Source: Pseudomonadota bacterium
GTDB taxonomy: Bacteria; Pseudomonadota; Gammaproteobacteria; Burkholderiales; JABEVD01
DNA: 64,000 bases
NCBI GenBank assembly: GCA_021848825.1
Contig: JAJZTQ010000002.1
Location: 5,129 to 69,128, forward strand
Direction of reading: 5' to 3'
Part shown: positions 12,491 to 22,792 of the stretch, in pieces
Position numbering within the stretch: the stretch's first letter is position 1
How the letters are laid out: the number at the start of each line of letters is the position of its first letter
The notes under the pieces: generated by a model
Database searches by the model: none
Told to the model about the DNA's origin: nothing
What the model saw: the letters and a program-made list of their open reading frames with translations, nothing else
Translations under genes and position numbers: made by a program

Positions 12491-13386
12491 TGCTTCCTCA
12501 TGATTTCGACGAAAACATCCTCGAGATCGGGGTGAGGGAGCACCATGTCGACAACCCTGATCCCCGCCTGCCTGATTTTTTCGAGCATCGGCTCGAGATC
12601 CGTGAATGCTTCCAGCTTCAAAACATGGTAGCCCGATTCATGCTGGAGAAGCTCGGTCTCGAGCGAATCGGGCAGGTTGTCCGGGACGAGCTGGAGCTTG
12701 ACCCTTCTTCCCGGGCAGGTCTTGAGGAGATTGCTCGTGGTGTCGAGCGACACGATCCTGCCCGATTTCAGCATCGCTATCCTGCCGCAAAGGGCTTCCG
12801 CTTCATCGAGATAATGCGTTGTGAGCACGATGGTGTGTCCCGATTGATTGAGCGATCTGACGAATGCCCAGAGCGACTGCCTGAGCTCCACATCCACCCC
12901 CGCGGTGGGTTCGTCGAGGATGATGACAGGGGGCTTGTGGACCAGCGCCTGGGCAATCAGGACCCGGCGCTTCATGCCGCCGGAGAGCGCCCTCATGTTC
13001 GTGTCGGCCTTGGCCGAAAGATCCAGGCGATCGAGGATTTCTTCTATCCAGGCTTCGTTTGCGGAAATCCCGAAATAGCCGGACTGCACTTCAAGCACTT
13101 CCCTGACCGTGAAGAAGGGATCGAATACGAGTTCCTGGGGAACGACCCCGACGGCAAGCCTGGCCTCGCGGTATTGCCTCGTCACGTCATGTCCCATGAT
13201 GGAAAGATTCCCGCTGTCGGGGCGTGTCAACCCGGAAAGCAGGTTGATCAGCGTGGTTTTTCCTGCCCCGTTCGGGCCGAGCAGACCGAAGAATTCCCCC
13301 TGCATGATTTCGAGATCGACGGAGTCGACCGCCTTCAGGCTGCCGAACTGCTTGCACGCCTGACGGATTGCTATCGCCGGCATCAT
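12487..13386 (-). CDS. ABC transporter ATP-binding protein (YadG-like)
   Basis: [31 protein letters not shown]. Start at MMPAIAIRQ. Confidence 0.9.
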   Translation of the reverse strand: MMPAIAIRQACKQFGSLKAVDSVDLEIMQGEFFGLLGPNGAGKTTLINLLSGLTRPDSGNLSIMGHDVTRQYREARLAVGVVPQELVFDPFFTVREVLEVQSGYFGISANEAWIEEILDRLDLSAKADTNMRALSGGMKRRVLIAQALVHKPPVIILDEPTAGVDVELRQSLWAFVRSLNQSGHTIVLTTHYLDEAEALCGRIAMLKSGRIVSLDTTSNLLKTCPGRRVKLQLVPDNLPDSLETELLQHESGYHVLKLEAFTDLEPMLEKIRQAGIRVVDMVLPHPDLEDVFVEIMRKQ

Positions 13387-13667
13387 TCTTTCGGCGGAAA
13401 GATGCTGCCGAGTCCGTAAAGCCTGATCAGGCCTTCGAGTTTGGCGTTCGCGTTCCTGAAGGCAAGGGTCCTGTTGCGCCTCTTGGCCGCTCGCTGCCAT
13501 TCCAGCATCATGCTGATTGCGGAGGAATCGGCGCCATCGAGCGTGGAAAGATCGACTTCAGCTGCACCCTTTTCGATCTCGGCGAGCCCTTCGGCCAGAA
13601 CCTTCGTGACATTGCCGAAATTGACCGGGCCGCTTATGGAGATCGTGATGCCAGCCCGGCTGATCAT
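13383..13667 (-). CDS. mlaB: STAS-domain protein of the Mla system
   Basis: VDLSTLDGADSSA, LIRLYGL; mla operon context. Confidence 0.85.
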   Translation of the reverse strand: MISRAGITISISGPVNFGNVTKVLAEGLAEIEKGAAEVDLSTLDGADSSAISMMLEWQRAAKRRNRTLAFRNANAKLEGLIRLYGLGSIFPPKE

Positions 13668-14260
13668 TTCTTCGCCTCGAGTTCTTTGTTCTTGTCGACG
13701 AGCATCTTGATGAGGCCGTCTATGCCCGCATTGCTGATTTCGGTCTGGAAAGTGCTTCGATAGTTGGTCACGAGGCTCACGCCTTCGACGGCCACATCGA
13801 ATATCATCCAGCCCTGGCTTGTCTTTTCCATCCTGTAGTCGATCGAGATCGGCTGCTTCCCGACCTGGATGATGCGGCTGTGAACCATCACCTGCTTCGA
13901 TTCGGGTGATGCTTCGAGGGGGAGCACCTCTATGGGTTCGTTGTTGTAGGATTCGATCGCGCTCGAATAGGTGTTCATCAGCAGGGTGTGGAATTCGTCC
14001 GTCAGGTTTTTCTGCTGTTGCGGCGAAGCATCGCGCCAGCCTCTTCCGACGGCGAGCTTCGTCATCCTGGCGAAATCGAAATGGGGCATGATCTTGGCAT
14101 CCACTGCCTGGGCAAGTTCCCGCTTGCTGGAATGCTTCGATTTTTCCTGCTTGATGATGGTCGTGACCTGATTCGCCAGATCCTTGATCACCGCATCGGG
14201 TGCGGCCTCCGCATGGGCGAGCAGAGGGACGAAGAAGAGCAGCGCAAAAAGTTTTCTCAT
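13664..14260 (-). CDS. mlaC: Periplasmic phospholipid-binding protein
   Basis: Signal peptide, FDFARMTKLAVGRGW, DVAVEGVSLVTNYR. Confidence 0.92.
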   Translation of the reverse strand: MRKLFALLFFVPLLAHAEAAPDAVIKDLANQVTTIIKQEKSKHSSKRELAQAVDAKIMPHFDFARMTKLAVGRGWRDASPQQQKNLTDEFHTLLMNTYSSAIESYNNEPIEVLPLEASPESKQVMVHSRIIQVGKQPISIDYRMEKTSQGWMIFDVAVEGVSLVTNYRSTFQTEISNAGIDGLIKMLVDKNKELEAKK

Positions 14261-14270
14261 GATGGCTTCC

Positions 14271-14729
14271 TTATTTGTGATTACCTGCCTTGCTGAAGAC
14301 GAGCTGGCCTATGAGCTTCTCGAGCACGATGGCTGACTGGGTGAGCGTGATGGTGTCGCCGTTTTTCAGCATCTCGTCGTCCGCGCCGGTGTCGAGCCCG
14401 ACATACTGCTCGCCCAGCAGGCCGGAAGTCAGGATGGAAGCCGTTGTGTCCTTGGAGAACTTGTAACGGCTGTCGATCCTCATCGCAACCCTGGCCTTGT
14501 ACTCTTTCGTGTCGAACGAGATCGAAGCGACCCGCCCCACGACCACCCCTGCGCTCTTGATCGGCGCCCTGACCTTCAGCCCGCCGATATTGTCGAAATA
14601 GGCATAGACCTCGTAGCTGTCCGAATTGTTGAAGCTGAAGTTGCCGACTTTCAGCGCGAGCACGAGTATCGCGCCGATTCCGGCGGCGATGAAGATGCCG
14701 ACCCACAAGTCCAGTGTAGTGCGTTCCAT
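14271..14729 (-). CDS. mlaD: MCE-domain lipid asymmetry protein
   Basis: FDNIGGLKVRAP, GVVVGRV, TSGLLGEQY. Confidence 0.94.
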   Translation of the reverse strand: MERTTLDLWVGIFIAAGIGAILVLALKVGNFSFNNSDSYEVYAYFDNIGGLKVRAPIKSAGVVVGRVASISFDTKEYKARVAMRIDSRYKFSKDTTASILTSGLLGEQYVGLDTGADDEMLKNGDTITLTQSAIVLEKLIGQLVFSKAGNHK

Positions 14730-14733
14730 TGAA

Positions 14734-15528
14734 TCAAGCTCCCCGAAACATGAATGAGGTCAAAATGAAATCCAGCATCAGAATGACCAGAGATGAAGTG
14801 ACGACAGTGCGCGTCGTCGCGCCGGAAACGCCTTCCGCAGTCGGCGGCGAATCGAAACCTTCGAAAACGGCGATCAGGGTCACGGCGACGCCGAAAACGC
14901 AGCTCTTGATCACGCCGTTCATGATGTCGTCCTTGAAGTCGACGCCTGCCTGCATCTGGGACCAGAAAGATCCTTCGTCCACGCCGATCAGCACGACCCC
15001 GATCAGATAGCCGCCGAATATGCCGGTCGCATTGAATATCGCCGTGAGCAGAGGAAGGGAGATCACCCCTGACCAGAATCGGGGCGCAACCACGCGCGCG
15101 ATCGGGTCGACTGCCATCATCTCCATCGCGGAGAGCTGTTCGGTCGCCTTCATCAGCCCGATTTCTGCGGTGATCGCGGAGCCTGCTCGGCTGGCGAAAA
15201 GGAGCGCGGATACGACAGGTCCGAGTTCGCGCACGAGGGCGAGCGCAACCAGCACGCCCAGCGCCGAAGAGGATCCGTAGCGCTGCAGCGTTTCATAGCC
15301 CTGAAGCGCAAGCACCATGCCCACGAAAAGGCCGGAGACGATGATGATGATGAGCGATCTGACGCCAGTATAGTAGATCTCCCTGACCACGAGATGGGGT
15401 CGTCTTGCGCTCGTTCCGGAGCTGATCAAGGTCATGAAAAAGAATTTTCCGGCGTAGCCCAGGCGCCAGACTGCATCGATGCCAGAATGGCCAAGCCTTC
15501 GCAGAAGGGTAAGGATGCGTTCAAGCAT
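14734..15528 (-). CDS. mlaE: Mla ABC permease
   Basis: RELGPVV, SRAGSAITAEIGLMKATEQ, TTRTVV. Start at MLERILTLL. Confidence 0.94.
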   Translation of the reverse strand: MLERILTLLRRLGHSGIDAVWRLGYAGKFFFMTLISSGTSARRPHLVVREIYYTGVRSLIIIIVSGLFVGMVLALQGYETLQRYGSSSALGVLVALALVRELGPVVSALLFASRAGSAITAEIGLMKATEQLSAMEMMAVDPIARVVAPRFWSGVISLPLLTAIFNATGIFGGYLIGVVLIGVDEGSFWSQMQAGVDFKDDIMNGVIKSCVFGVAVTLIAVFEGFDSPPTAEGVSGATTRTVVTSSLVILMLDFILTSFMFRGA

Positions 15529-16333
15529 GGTTGAGGCCCAATTCTTCGACATAGCTTGCGGCGGGATAATGGAATGGCACCGGGCCGTCGATTTCTCCGT
15601 GGATGAACTGGTGGACGAAAGGCTTTTTCGATGCCCTGATCTCGTCGGGGGTTCCTTCAGCGACGATGACGCCTTCGGAAACGAAGTAGACATGGTCGAC
15701 GATCTGGAGCGACTCCTGGACGTCGTGCGTGACCACGATGGAAGTCGCGCCCAGCGAGTCCGAAAGCTTCCTGATCAGGTTTCCGATGACGCCGAGAGAA
15801 ATGGGGTCGAGACCGGTGAAAGGTTCGTCGTACATGATCAGCATGGGGTCGAGCGCGATCGTCCTGGCAAGCGCCACCCGCCTTGCCATTCCGCCGGAAA
15901 GCTCGTTGGGCATCAGATTCCGTGCTCCCCTGAGGCCGACCGCATCGAGCTTCATCAGGACCAGGTCCCTGATGACGGATTCCGGGAGATCGGTATGCTC
16001 CCGCATCTGGAATGCCACGTTCTCGTATACGGAAAGGTCGGTGAAGAGGGCGCCGAACTGGAAAAGCATGCCCATCTTCCTTCTGGTCTCGTAAAGCGCG
16101 CTCCTGCCGAGTTCACCTATCACTTTTCCGTCGAATTTGACATGCCCTGCCGTGGGCTTCAGCTGCCCCCCTATCAGCCTCAGCAGTGTTGTTTTCCCGC
16201 AACCGCTGCCCCCCATGATCGCCACGACCCTGCCTTTCGGCACGGACATGTTGATCCCCTTCAGGACAGGACGCTTGTCGTAGGAGAAACTGAGGTCGCT
16301 GATTTCCAAAAAGTTTTCAGGAGGCACGGTCAT
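15521..16333 (-). CDS. mlaF: Mla ABC ATP-binding subunit
   Basis: GGSGCGKTT, LFQFGALF, LSGGMARR, YDEPFTGLDP. Start may instead be the GTG at 16354. Confidence 0.94.
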   Translation of the reverse strand: MTVPPENFLEISDLSFSYDKRPVLKGINMSVPKGRVVAIMGGSGCGKTTLLRLIGGQLKPTAGHVKFDGKVIGELGRSALYETRRKMGMLFQFGALFTDLSVYENVAFQMREHTDLPESVIRDLVLMKLDAVGLRGARNLMPNELSGGMARRVALARTIALDPMLIMYDEPFTGLDPISLGVIGNLIRKLSDSLGATSIVVTHDVQESLQIVDHVYFVSEGVIVAEGTPDEIRASKKPFVHQFIHGEIDGPVPFHYPAASYVEELGLNHA

Positions 16334-16428
16334 TTTTCCAGTGAGGTGGTGCACATTTTAAACCAGCTTCCCGGTCAATGACAGGTTTTGTCTGCTGCTA
16401 TATTGAAACAAATTGTAAGGGGGGCGGC

Positions 16429-17148
16429 TTGGAGAGCGTTCTGAAATTCGAGAATGTGGGAAAAAGATTCGGGCATTGCGCCGTCTTGAGCGATGTCGAT
16501 TTCACCGTGCATTCGGGCAATTCTTTCGGGCTTGCAGGGCTCAACGGGGCAGGCAAGACGACCCTGATGAAGTGCATGCTCGACTTCTGCACTGTCGATT
16601 CCGGGAAAGTCGAAATCTTCGGCCTGCCCAGTTCACAGCCCAGATCGAGACGGCGGATAGCCTATCTGCCCGAGCGCTTTCAGCCTCCACATTACCTGAA
16701 GGGATCCGAATTTCTGAACTATTCGGGCAGGCTTTACGGCTCGAAGCATGATTTGGACGCCGTGCGCATCATGATGGAGGATCTGGATCTCGAATATGAT
16801 GCATTGGCGAAGCCTGTCAGGTCCTATTCGAAGGGGATGATCCAGAAAATCGGGCTTGCAGCCTGCTTCCTGAGCGGAAAGGATCTCCTTGTCCTCGACG
16901 AACCGATGAGCGGACTGGATCCCAAGGCGAGGATGCGCCTGAAGAAAAAGCTGATCGAATCGAGGGAAGCCGGAAAAACCCTGTTCTTCACTTCCCATTC
17001 CCTCTCCGACATGGAAGAGATCTGCGACAGGCTGGTGGTGCTTCACCGGGGAAGCATGAAATTCTCCGGGGAGCCGCGATCCCTGAAAACGCTTCATGGC
17101 GAAAGCGATATCGAGCGCGCCTTCCTGAAATGCATAGGCGATGGATGA
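16429..17148 (+). CDS. ABC transporter ATP-binding protein heading the pilus operon (PilH/XapD-like)
   Basis: GLNGAGKTT, YLPE, YSKGM signature, LDEPMSGLDP, TSH. TTG start after a G-rich RBS; alternative ATG at 16378. Confidence 0.85.
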   Translation: MESVLKFENVGKRFGHCAVLSDVDFTVHSGNSFGLAGLNGAGKTTLMKCMLDFCTVDSGKVEIFGLPSSQPRSRRRIAYLPERFQPPHYLKGSEFLNYSGRLYGSKHDLDAVRIMMEDLDLEYDALAKPVRSYSKGMIQKIGLAACFLSGKDLLVLDEPMSGLDPKARMRLKKKLIESREAGKTLFFTSHSLSDMEEICDRLVVLHRGSMKFSGEPRSLKTLHGESDIERAFLKCIGDG

Positions 17149-18335
17149 TGTACCTCAGGCATTTCGGACTTTCCTCGCAGCCCTTTTCCATCACCCCTTC
17201 GACAGGCTTCTTCTTTTCGGGGGGAGGAAGAGGGGACCTGCTCTCCGCGCTCGTCTATGCGGCAACGCACGGGGACGGCATCGTCAAGGTGACGAGCGAA
17301 GTGGGCAGCGGGAAGACGATGCTCTGCAGGATGCTGCTCGATAATCTTCCCGAAAACGTCGAAACGATCTATCTGCCCAATCCTGCCATTTCAAGGGAGG
17401 AAGTGGTCTATGCGCTGGCCCTGGAGCTGGGGCTGGATTTCGGTGAAGGCCGCCCTTTCGCCGTGCTGAGGCTCGTTCAGGAAGCGCTCGTCGAAAAATT
17501 CGCAAAAGGGAAAAGGGTGATCGTCCTGATAGACGAGGCGCATGCCATGCCTTGCGAATCGCTCGAGGAGCTGAGACTCCTTTACAATCTCGAATCAAAA
17601 AACAAAAAGCTCCTTCACATCGTCCTTTTCGGTCAGACCGAGCTCGACGGAAAGCTTTCCCTCCCCAGGATGAGGCAGCTCAAGGACAGGATAGTCCATC
17701 ATTTTTCGATCGCCCCGCTTTCGCCTGAATCAACCCGTGACTATCTCGAATACAGGATGAGCCTGGCCGGCTTCGAAGGGAAGCGCGCATTCGAAAGGGG
17801 GGCTGCGCGGTCCATACACCGGCTGTCGAGAGGACTGACGAGGAGGATCAACATCCTCGCGGACAAGGCCTTGCTCGCAGCCTATGTCGAAGGCTCTAAG
17901 CAGGTTTCTTCGAGGCATGTCAGGATCGCATCCCGGGAAGAAGGGGAAACGAGCATCACGGGAAAAATCCCCATGGTTCTCCTTTTCATGCTGCTCTGCG
18001 CATGGCCTGCAAGGCTCGGGATGCTCGCGATGCCGCAGGACATCCTGGGAGAAAGGCTGGCGGCCTCGGTCGATGCGCTTTCGATGCGCCGCCCCTATAC
18101 CATACGCCTTTTCGCGGTAGGGAAGGAAGACAGGGTCTGGCTTCACCGCTTCCTGAGGGAGAGCGGGGATCCCCATTCCATCTATGTCTATCCCGTGAAA
18201 TCGGGCTACCTCGTCCTCTACGGTTCCTATCCGTCGAAAAACGAGGCGAAAAAGGCACTGGAAGCCCTGCCTGACAACTACAGGAAGGCCTATCACCCGG
18301 AAATCTCCCGTTTCCCCAGAATTGCAAATTCCTGA
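17145..18335 (+). CDS. ExeA/MshM-like AAA ATPase with C-terminal SPOR-like domain
   Basis: MYLRHFGL..PFSITP, EVGSGKT, IDEAH, LFGQTEL, RRINILADKAL; C-terminal LYGSYPSKNEA. Confidence 0.85.
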   Translation: MMYLRHFGLSSQPFSITPSTGFFFSGGGRGDLLSALVYAATHGDGIVKVTSEVGSGKTMLCRMLLDNLPENVETIYLPNPAISREEVVYALALELGLDFGEGRPFAVLRLVQEALVEKFAKGKRVIVLIDEAHAMPCESLEELRLLYNLESKNKKLLHIVLFGQTELDGKLSLPRMRQLKDRIVHHFSIAPLSPESTRDYLEYRMSLAGFEGKRAFERGAARSIHRLSRGLTRRINILADKALLAAYVEGSKQVSSRHVRIASREEGETSITGKIPMVLLFMLLCAWPARLGMLAMPQDILGERLAASVDALSMRRPYTIRLFAVGKEDRVWLHRFLRESGDPHSIYVYPVKSGYLVLYGSYPSKNEAKKALEALPDNYRKAYHPEISRFPRIANS

Positions 18336-18378
18336 GCTGATGCTACCTTGACCTTAGTGGCAACAGGAAAACTGAAAA

Positions 18379-20130
18379 ATGCTAAGAATCTTCTCGGCGG
18401 TCATGGCGCTTCTTCTGGCGGCCTGTACCATGCAGCCGCTCAAGCCGTCCGCCCAGCACATCATGGCGAAACCGGGAGGACAAGGAACCATCCCCAATCC
18501 TGTCAGGGAAAGCGTCATTCTACCCCCGCCGAAGCCGCAGGCGAAAATGGCTGTCTACAGCGTTTCCGTCTACAACGTTCCGGTGCAGGAGCTGCTCTAT
18601 GCGCTAGCCAGGGACGCCCATGTCAACATCGACGTCCATCCGGGCATTAGCGGCGTGGTGACGCTGAACGCGATCGACCAGACTCTGCCGCAGATTCTCA
18701 ACCGGATTTCGGACCAGGTCGACATGCGCTTTGAGACGCAAGGGTCGGCCATCATCGTCATGCCGGATACCCCCTATCTGCTGAGCTACAGGGTCGACTA
18801 TCTCGCCATGGAGCGAGACACCAGCGGTTCGGTTGCGATCATCACCCAGGTTGCGACCCCTGGCGCGGGGGTGATGGCAACCGGCGGGACCACCACCTCT
18901 ACCGGCGTCAACAATTCCACGACTTCGGTTTCGAATGTCGCGAAGAACCGATTCTGGGAGACGCTCGTCCAGAACATCAAGGATCTCCTCCACGAGACCG
19001 ACAAGATACTGCCTGCAGGTTCCTCTGAAACGGTCGTTCAGCAGGCTGGCCTTCAGACCACCACTGGAACAGGCGCAAATCCGCCAAAAGCGGCAAAAGG
19101 CGCGCAGTCTTCCCTTGCGACCAGCCCCAATCCCGCGACGCTTCAAAACACCGGCACCACGGTCATCAGGCGGACCACTTTCAGGGAAGCAGCTTCGGTC
19201 ATCGCCAATCCGGAAACAGGGATCATCAGCATCAGGGCGACGTCGCGCCAGCACAGGAAAATACAGGAATTCCTCGACGAAATCATGCAAAGCGCGAAGC
19301 GGCAGGTCTTGATCGAGGCGACCGTGGTGGAAGTCCAGCTGAGCGACCAGTATCAGCAGGGAATAGACTGGGCTGGGCTTGCAAGCGGCGGAAAGGGGTG
19401 GAGCATCGTCCAGTCTCCCACAGGCGCATTGCCTTCTGCCGTCAACCAGAGCCTTTTCGTGCTGAGCTACAAGAATCCCACTTCGAAAGTCGGGAATCTT
19501 TCTGCGACGGTCTCCCTGCTCGAATCGTTCGGCAAGGTGAAGGTGCTTTCCAGCCCGCAGATCAGCGTGCTCAATAACCAGACTGCCTTGCTCAAGGTGG
19601 TGGATAACAAGGTCTATTTCACGATCCAGGCCAATACCAGCCAGAACCAGACAACCACGCTCACCACCTATACCACGACAGTCAATTCCGTTCCCGTGGG
19701 ATTCGTGATGAACGTGACCCCCGAGATAAGCGAAAGCGGCACCGTGATCATCAACCTGAGGCCCACCGTTTCCAGGATTCTCGATTACGTATCGGATCCC
19801 AATCCTTCTCTTCCTGCCAACGTCAAGAACCTGATCCCCGAGATCCAGACGAGGGAAATGGAGTCGGTCATCAAGGTCACCAGCGGGCAGATTGCGGTCA
19901 TGGGCGGGCTCATGCAGGACTCGATCAACAATATCGACGATACCGTGCCCGGGCTTTCCGAGCTGAAGGGGATAGGCGACTTCTTCGCCCACAGGAACGA
20001 TACCTCGACGAAATCGGAGCTTGTCATTTTCCTGAGGCCCTTCATCATCAGGGATGCGAGCCTGGGCGGCGATTTTGCAAAGCTGAAAGACGAGCTTCCG
20101 GACAGCCATTTCTTCGATACGAAACCATGA
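18379..20130 (+). CDS. mshL: MSHA-type secretin (lipoprotein)
   Basis: Lipobox LLAAC, STN-like region, Thr-rich linker, RQVLIEATVVEV, GIDW, SSPQI..LNNQ, MGGLMQ, KSELVIFLRP. Confidence 0.85.
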   Translation: MLRIFSAVMALLLAACTMQPLKPSAQHIMAKPGGQGTIPNPVRESVILPPPKPQAKMAVYSVSVYNVPVQELLYALARDAHVNIDVHPGISGVVTLNAIDQTLPQILNRISDQVDMRFETQGSAIIVMPDTPYLLSYRVDYLAMERDTSGSVAIITQVATPGAGVMATGGTTTSTGVNNSTTSVSNVAKNRFWETLVQNIKDLLHETDKILPAGSSETVVQQAGLQTTTGTGANPPKAAKGAQSSLATSPNPATLQNTGTTVIRRTTFREAASVIANPETGIISIRATSRQHRKIQEFLDEIMQSAKRQVLIEATVVEVQLSDQYQQGIDWAGLASGGKGWSIVQSPTGALPSAVNQSLFVLSYKNPTSKVGNLSATVSLLESFGKVKVLSSPQISVLNNQTALLKVVDNKVYFTIQANTSQNQTTTLTTYTTTVNSVPVGFVMNVTPEISESGTVIINLRPTVSRILDYVSDPNPSLPANVKNLIPEIQTREMESVIKVTSGQIAVMGGLMQDSINNIDDTVPGLSELKGIGDFFAHRNDTSTKSELVIFLRPFIIRDASLGGDFAKLKDELPDSHFFDTKP

Positions 20131-21098
20131 GCACGCTGATGGATGCAATCAGGAAAGCGGAATCGGAGCCTGAATCAGGGGACATCTCGATCGAGCCCGT
20201 GCCCCCTTCCCCCCACAAGCAGGATGAAAGGCAGGCAGCCGAAAAGCTCTTCGCGGTGAAATCGTCGCGGGGAGGGCGCTACCGATTCTGGATACTGACA
20301 GGCATTGCAGTCCTTCTGGCGGTTTTCGCTGCGGTCTATTACTGGTACAGGATGCCTGAAACGCCGGTGACCCAGCCTCCTCCGGAGGTGGCCGCCATTC
20401 CCCTTCCGCCGCCCCAGCCTGAGAAGGCGTCCGAAGTCCAGGCCGTGCCGAAACAGGAGGAAGCGCCCAAGACTGAAGAGCCGAAGACTGAAGGGCGGCC
20501 CGCCGAGGCCGTCAGCGTGAAGGAGCATCCGGCTAAGGAAATGGTCAGCCCGCTCTCCGTTCGCGGCTACGAGGCGATGTCGGTCAGGAATCTGGATGCG
20601 GCGAGAAGGGATTATGCAAGGCTGCTTGCGCATGATCCCCAGAACAGGGAAGCGCTGCTCGGTCTTGCCGCGATTGCCCTGAAGCGGGGGAGAACCGAAC
20701 TCGCCGAGCGCTATTACAGGAGAGTGCTGCAGATCGATCCTGAAGACCCTGTCGCCACGGCAAGTCTGGTCGACATGCAGAATTCCCCGGAAGGGGAGAG
20801 CAGGCTGAAGACGCTGCTCAGGCAGTCTCCAAATTCGGGCTCGCTCTATTTCAGTCTGGGCAATCAGTATGCATCGAGGTCGCAATGGGCGGACGCCGAG
20901 CAGGCCTATTTCAGCGCCTTCGGGAACCAGTCTGACAATCCTGATTATGCATTCAATCTCGCCGTGAGCCTGGATCACCTGAATCAGCAAGCCCTCGCGC
21001 TGAAGTATTACAGGGTGGCGCTTTCGCTTTCCGGAAAGGGTTTTCCAGGATTCGATCAGAAGGCGCTGGAAGCCAGGATAAGGGAACTCGAAAAATGA
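20127..21098 (+). CDS. Membrane-anchored TPR protein (MshN-like)
   Basis: MSTLMDAIRKAE start, one TM helix, Pro-rich linker, TPR repeats (ALLGLA, YFSLGN, YAFNLAVSLD). Confidence 0.75.
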   Translation: MSTLMDAIRKAESEPESGDISIEPVPPSPHKQDERQAAEKLFAVKSSRGGRYRFWILTGIAVLLAVFAAVYYWYRMPETPVTQPPPEVAAIPLPPPQPEKASEVQAVPKQEEAPKTEEPKTEGRPAEAVSVKEHPAKEMVSPLSVRGYEAMSVRNLDAARRDYARLLAHDPQNREALLGLAAIALKRGRTELAERYYRRVLQIDPEDPVATASLVDMQNSPEGESRLKTLLRQSPNSGSLYFSLGNQYASRSQWADAEQAYFSAFGNQSDNPDYAFNLAVSLDHLNQQALALKYYRVALSLSGKGFPGFDQKALEARIRELEK

Positions 21099-22792
21099 GC
21101 GAGCGGGACGAACCTGACCCCAAGCTGCTTGGCCAGATGCTGATCGAGAAGGGCGTGATCAGCGAGGATCAGCTGAGGATCGCGCTCGTCGAACAGGGAA
21201 AGCATCATCTGAGGCTGGGCAAGCTGATGGTCGGGCTTGGTTTCCTGACAGAGGGGGCCATGCGCGACGTGCTCTCCGAAAGCATGGGTCAGGAGACCGT
21301 CGATCTTTCCAGGGTGGTGGTCGATGCCGCGGCGGTCAAGCTGATTCCGCAGGAAGTCGCGAGACGCCATCAGGTTCTTCCCGTCTCGCTGGACAGGAAC
21401 AGCCGCATCCTCTCTCTCGCCATTTCCAATCCGGAGAACATCATCGCGCTCGATCAGGTCAAGGCGCTGCTCGGCGAGGACTACGAATTGCATCTTCTTC
21501 TCGCTGCGGAATCCGAGATCATGCATGCGATCGACCAGCATTACGGATTCGAGCTCTCCATCGAAGGCATACTCCAGGAAATCGAGCCGGGCGAAATCGA
21601 CTATCCTGCGCTGCAGGTCGGCGTGACCGAGTTTTCCCAGCCCGTCGTTCGGCTCATCGATGCGCTCCTTTCGGATGCCGTGCAGAGGGGAGCATCCGAT
21701 ATCCATTTCGAGCCGGAACACAGTTTCTTGCGCATCAGGTGCAGGATAGACGGCGTCTTGCGCCAGCAGAGAAGCCTGCACAAGTCATACTGGTCTCCCA
21801 TGGCGGTGAGGCTGAAGGTCATGAGCGGCATGAACATCGCCGAGAACAGGGCGCCCCAGGACGGGCATTTCTCGCTTCGCCTCTCAGGGAGGCAGATCGA
21901 CTTCAGGGTTTCGGCCGAACCGACCACGCATGGCGAGAACATCGTGCTTCGAATCCTGGACAGGCAGAAAGGGATTGTTCCGCTCGAGGATCTCGGGATG
22001 GGCGACAAGGAACTCGGACTGCTCGAGGAGATGATTTCGAAGACGGAAGGCATCATCCTGGTCACGGGACCGACGGGCTGCGGAAAGACGACGACGCTTT
22101 ATTCCATATTGAGCAGGATCAATACGGAGGCGGTCAACATCATGACGCTCGAGGACCCTGTCGAGTATCCGATGCCGATGATCAGGCAGGCTTCCGTCAA
22201 TGAAATGGCCAAGCTCGATTTCGCGAGCGGCATCAGGTCGATGCTGAGGCAGGATCCGGACATCATCCTGGTCGGCGAGGTCAGGGATCAGCCCACTGCC
22301 GTGATGGCGTTCAGGGCCGCGATGACAGGACATCAGGTCTACACGACGCTCCACACGAATTCCGCTATAGGCGCGATTCCAAGGCTGTTCGATCTCGGCA
22401 TCCATCCCGAAATCATGGCCGGGAACATCATCGGCGTGATCGCGCAGAGGCTTGCCAGGAGGCTTTGCCTGAACTGCAGGATGGAGGCGGATGCAGGCGA
22501 ACAGGAAATCAGGATTCTCGGCGGAAATTCGCGGATCTATCGGGGAAAAGGATGCGAAGCCTGCGATTTCCAGGGCTATTCCGGCCGTTTCGCGATCATG
22601 GAGATCATCAGGCTCGACGAGGATTTCGACGACCTGATCGTGCGCGGAGGGACATTGCGCGAAATGAGGAATCTGGCGCGCGAGAAGGAATTCAGGACGC
22701 TTGCGCAAAATGCCGTCCAGTCCGTGCGCTCAGGCATGACTTCGCTGGAAGAGATCCTGCGGGTGGTCGATCTGACCGGAAGGTCGGCATGA
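21095..22792 (+). CDS. GspE/PilB/MshE extension ATPase with N-terminal MshEN domain
   Basis: LLGQMLIEKGVISEDQLRIALVEQ...RLGKLMVGLG; ASDIHFEP, GPTGCGKTTT, EDPVEY, LRQDPD, TLHTN, Zn cysteines. Confidence 0.92.
   Translation: MSERDEPDPKLLGQMLIEKGVISEDQLRIALVEQGKHHLRLGKLMVGLGFLTEGAMRDVLSESMGQETVDLSRVVVDAAAVKLIPQEVARRHQVLPVSLDRNSRILSLAISNPENIIALDQVKALLGEDYELHLLLAAESEIMHAIDQHYGFELSIEGILQEIEPGEIDYPALQVGVTEFSQPVVRLIDALLSDAVQRGASDIHFEPEHSFLRIRCRIDGVLRQQRSLHKSYWSPMAVRLKVMSGMNIAENRAPQDGHFSLRLSGRQIDFRVSAEPTTHGENIVLRILDRQKGIVPLEDLGMGDKELGLLEEMISKTEGIILVTGPTGCGKTTTLYSILSRINTEAVNIMTLEDPVEYPMPMIRQASVNEMAKLDFASGIRSMLRQDPDIILVGEVRDQPTAVMAFRAAMTGHQVYTTLHTNSAIGAIPRLFDLGIHPEIMAGNIIGVIAQRLARRLCLNCRMEADAGEQEIRILGGNSRIYRGKGCEACDFQGYSGRFAIMEIIRLDEDFDDLIVRGGTLREMRNLAREKEFRTLAQNAVQSVRSGMTSLEEILRVVDLTGRSA

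Noticed and set aside
18604..20148. 514-aa minus-strand ORF
   Set aside because: Antisense to the secretin gene, with no protein-like features.
20466..20492. Short tandem repeat encoding PKTEEPKTE
   Set aside because: Two copies in a low-complexity linker; no sign of a functional repeat.
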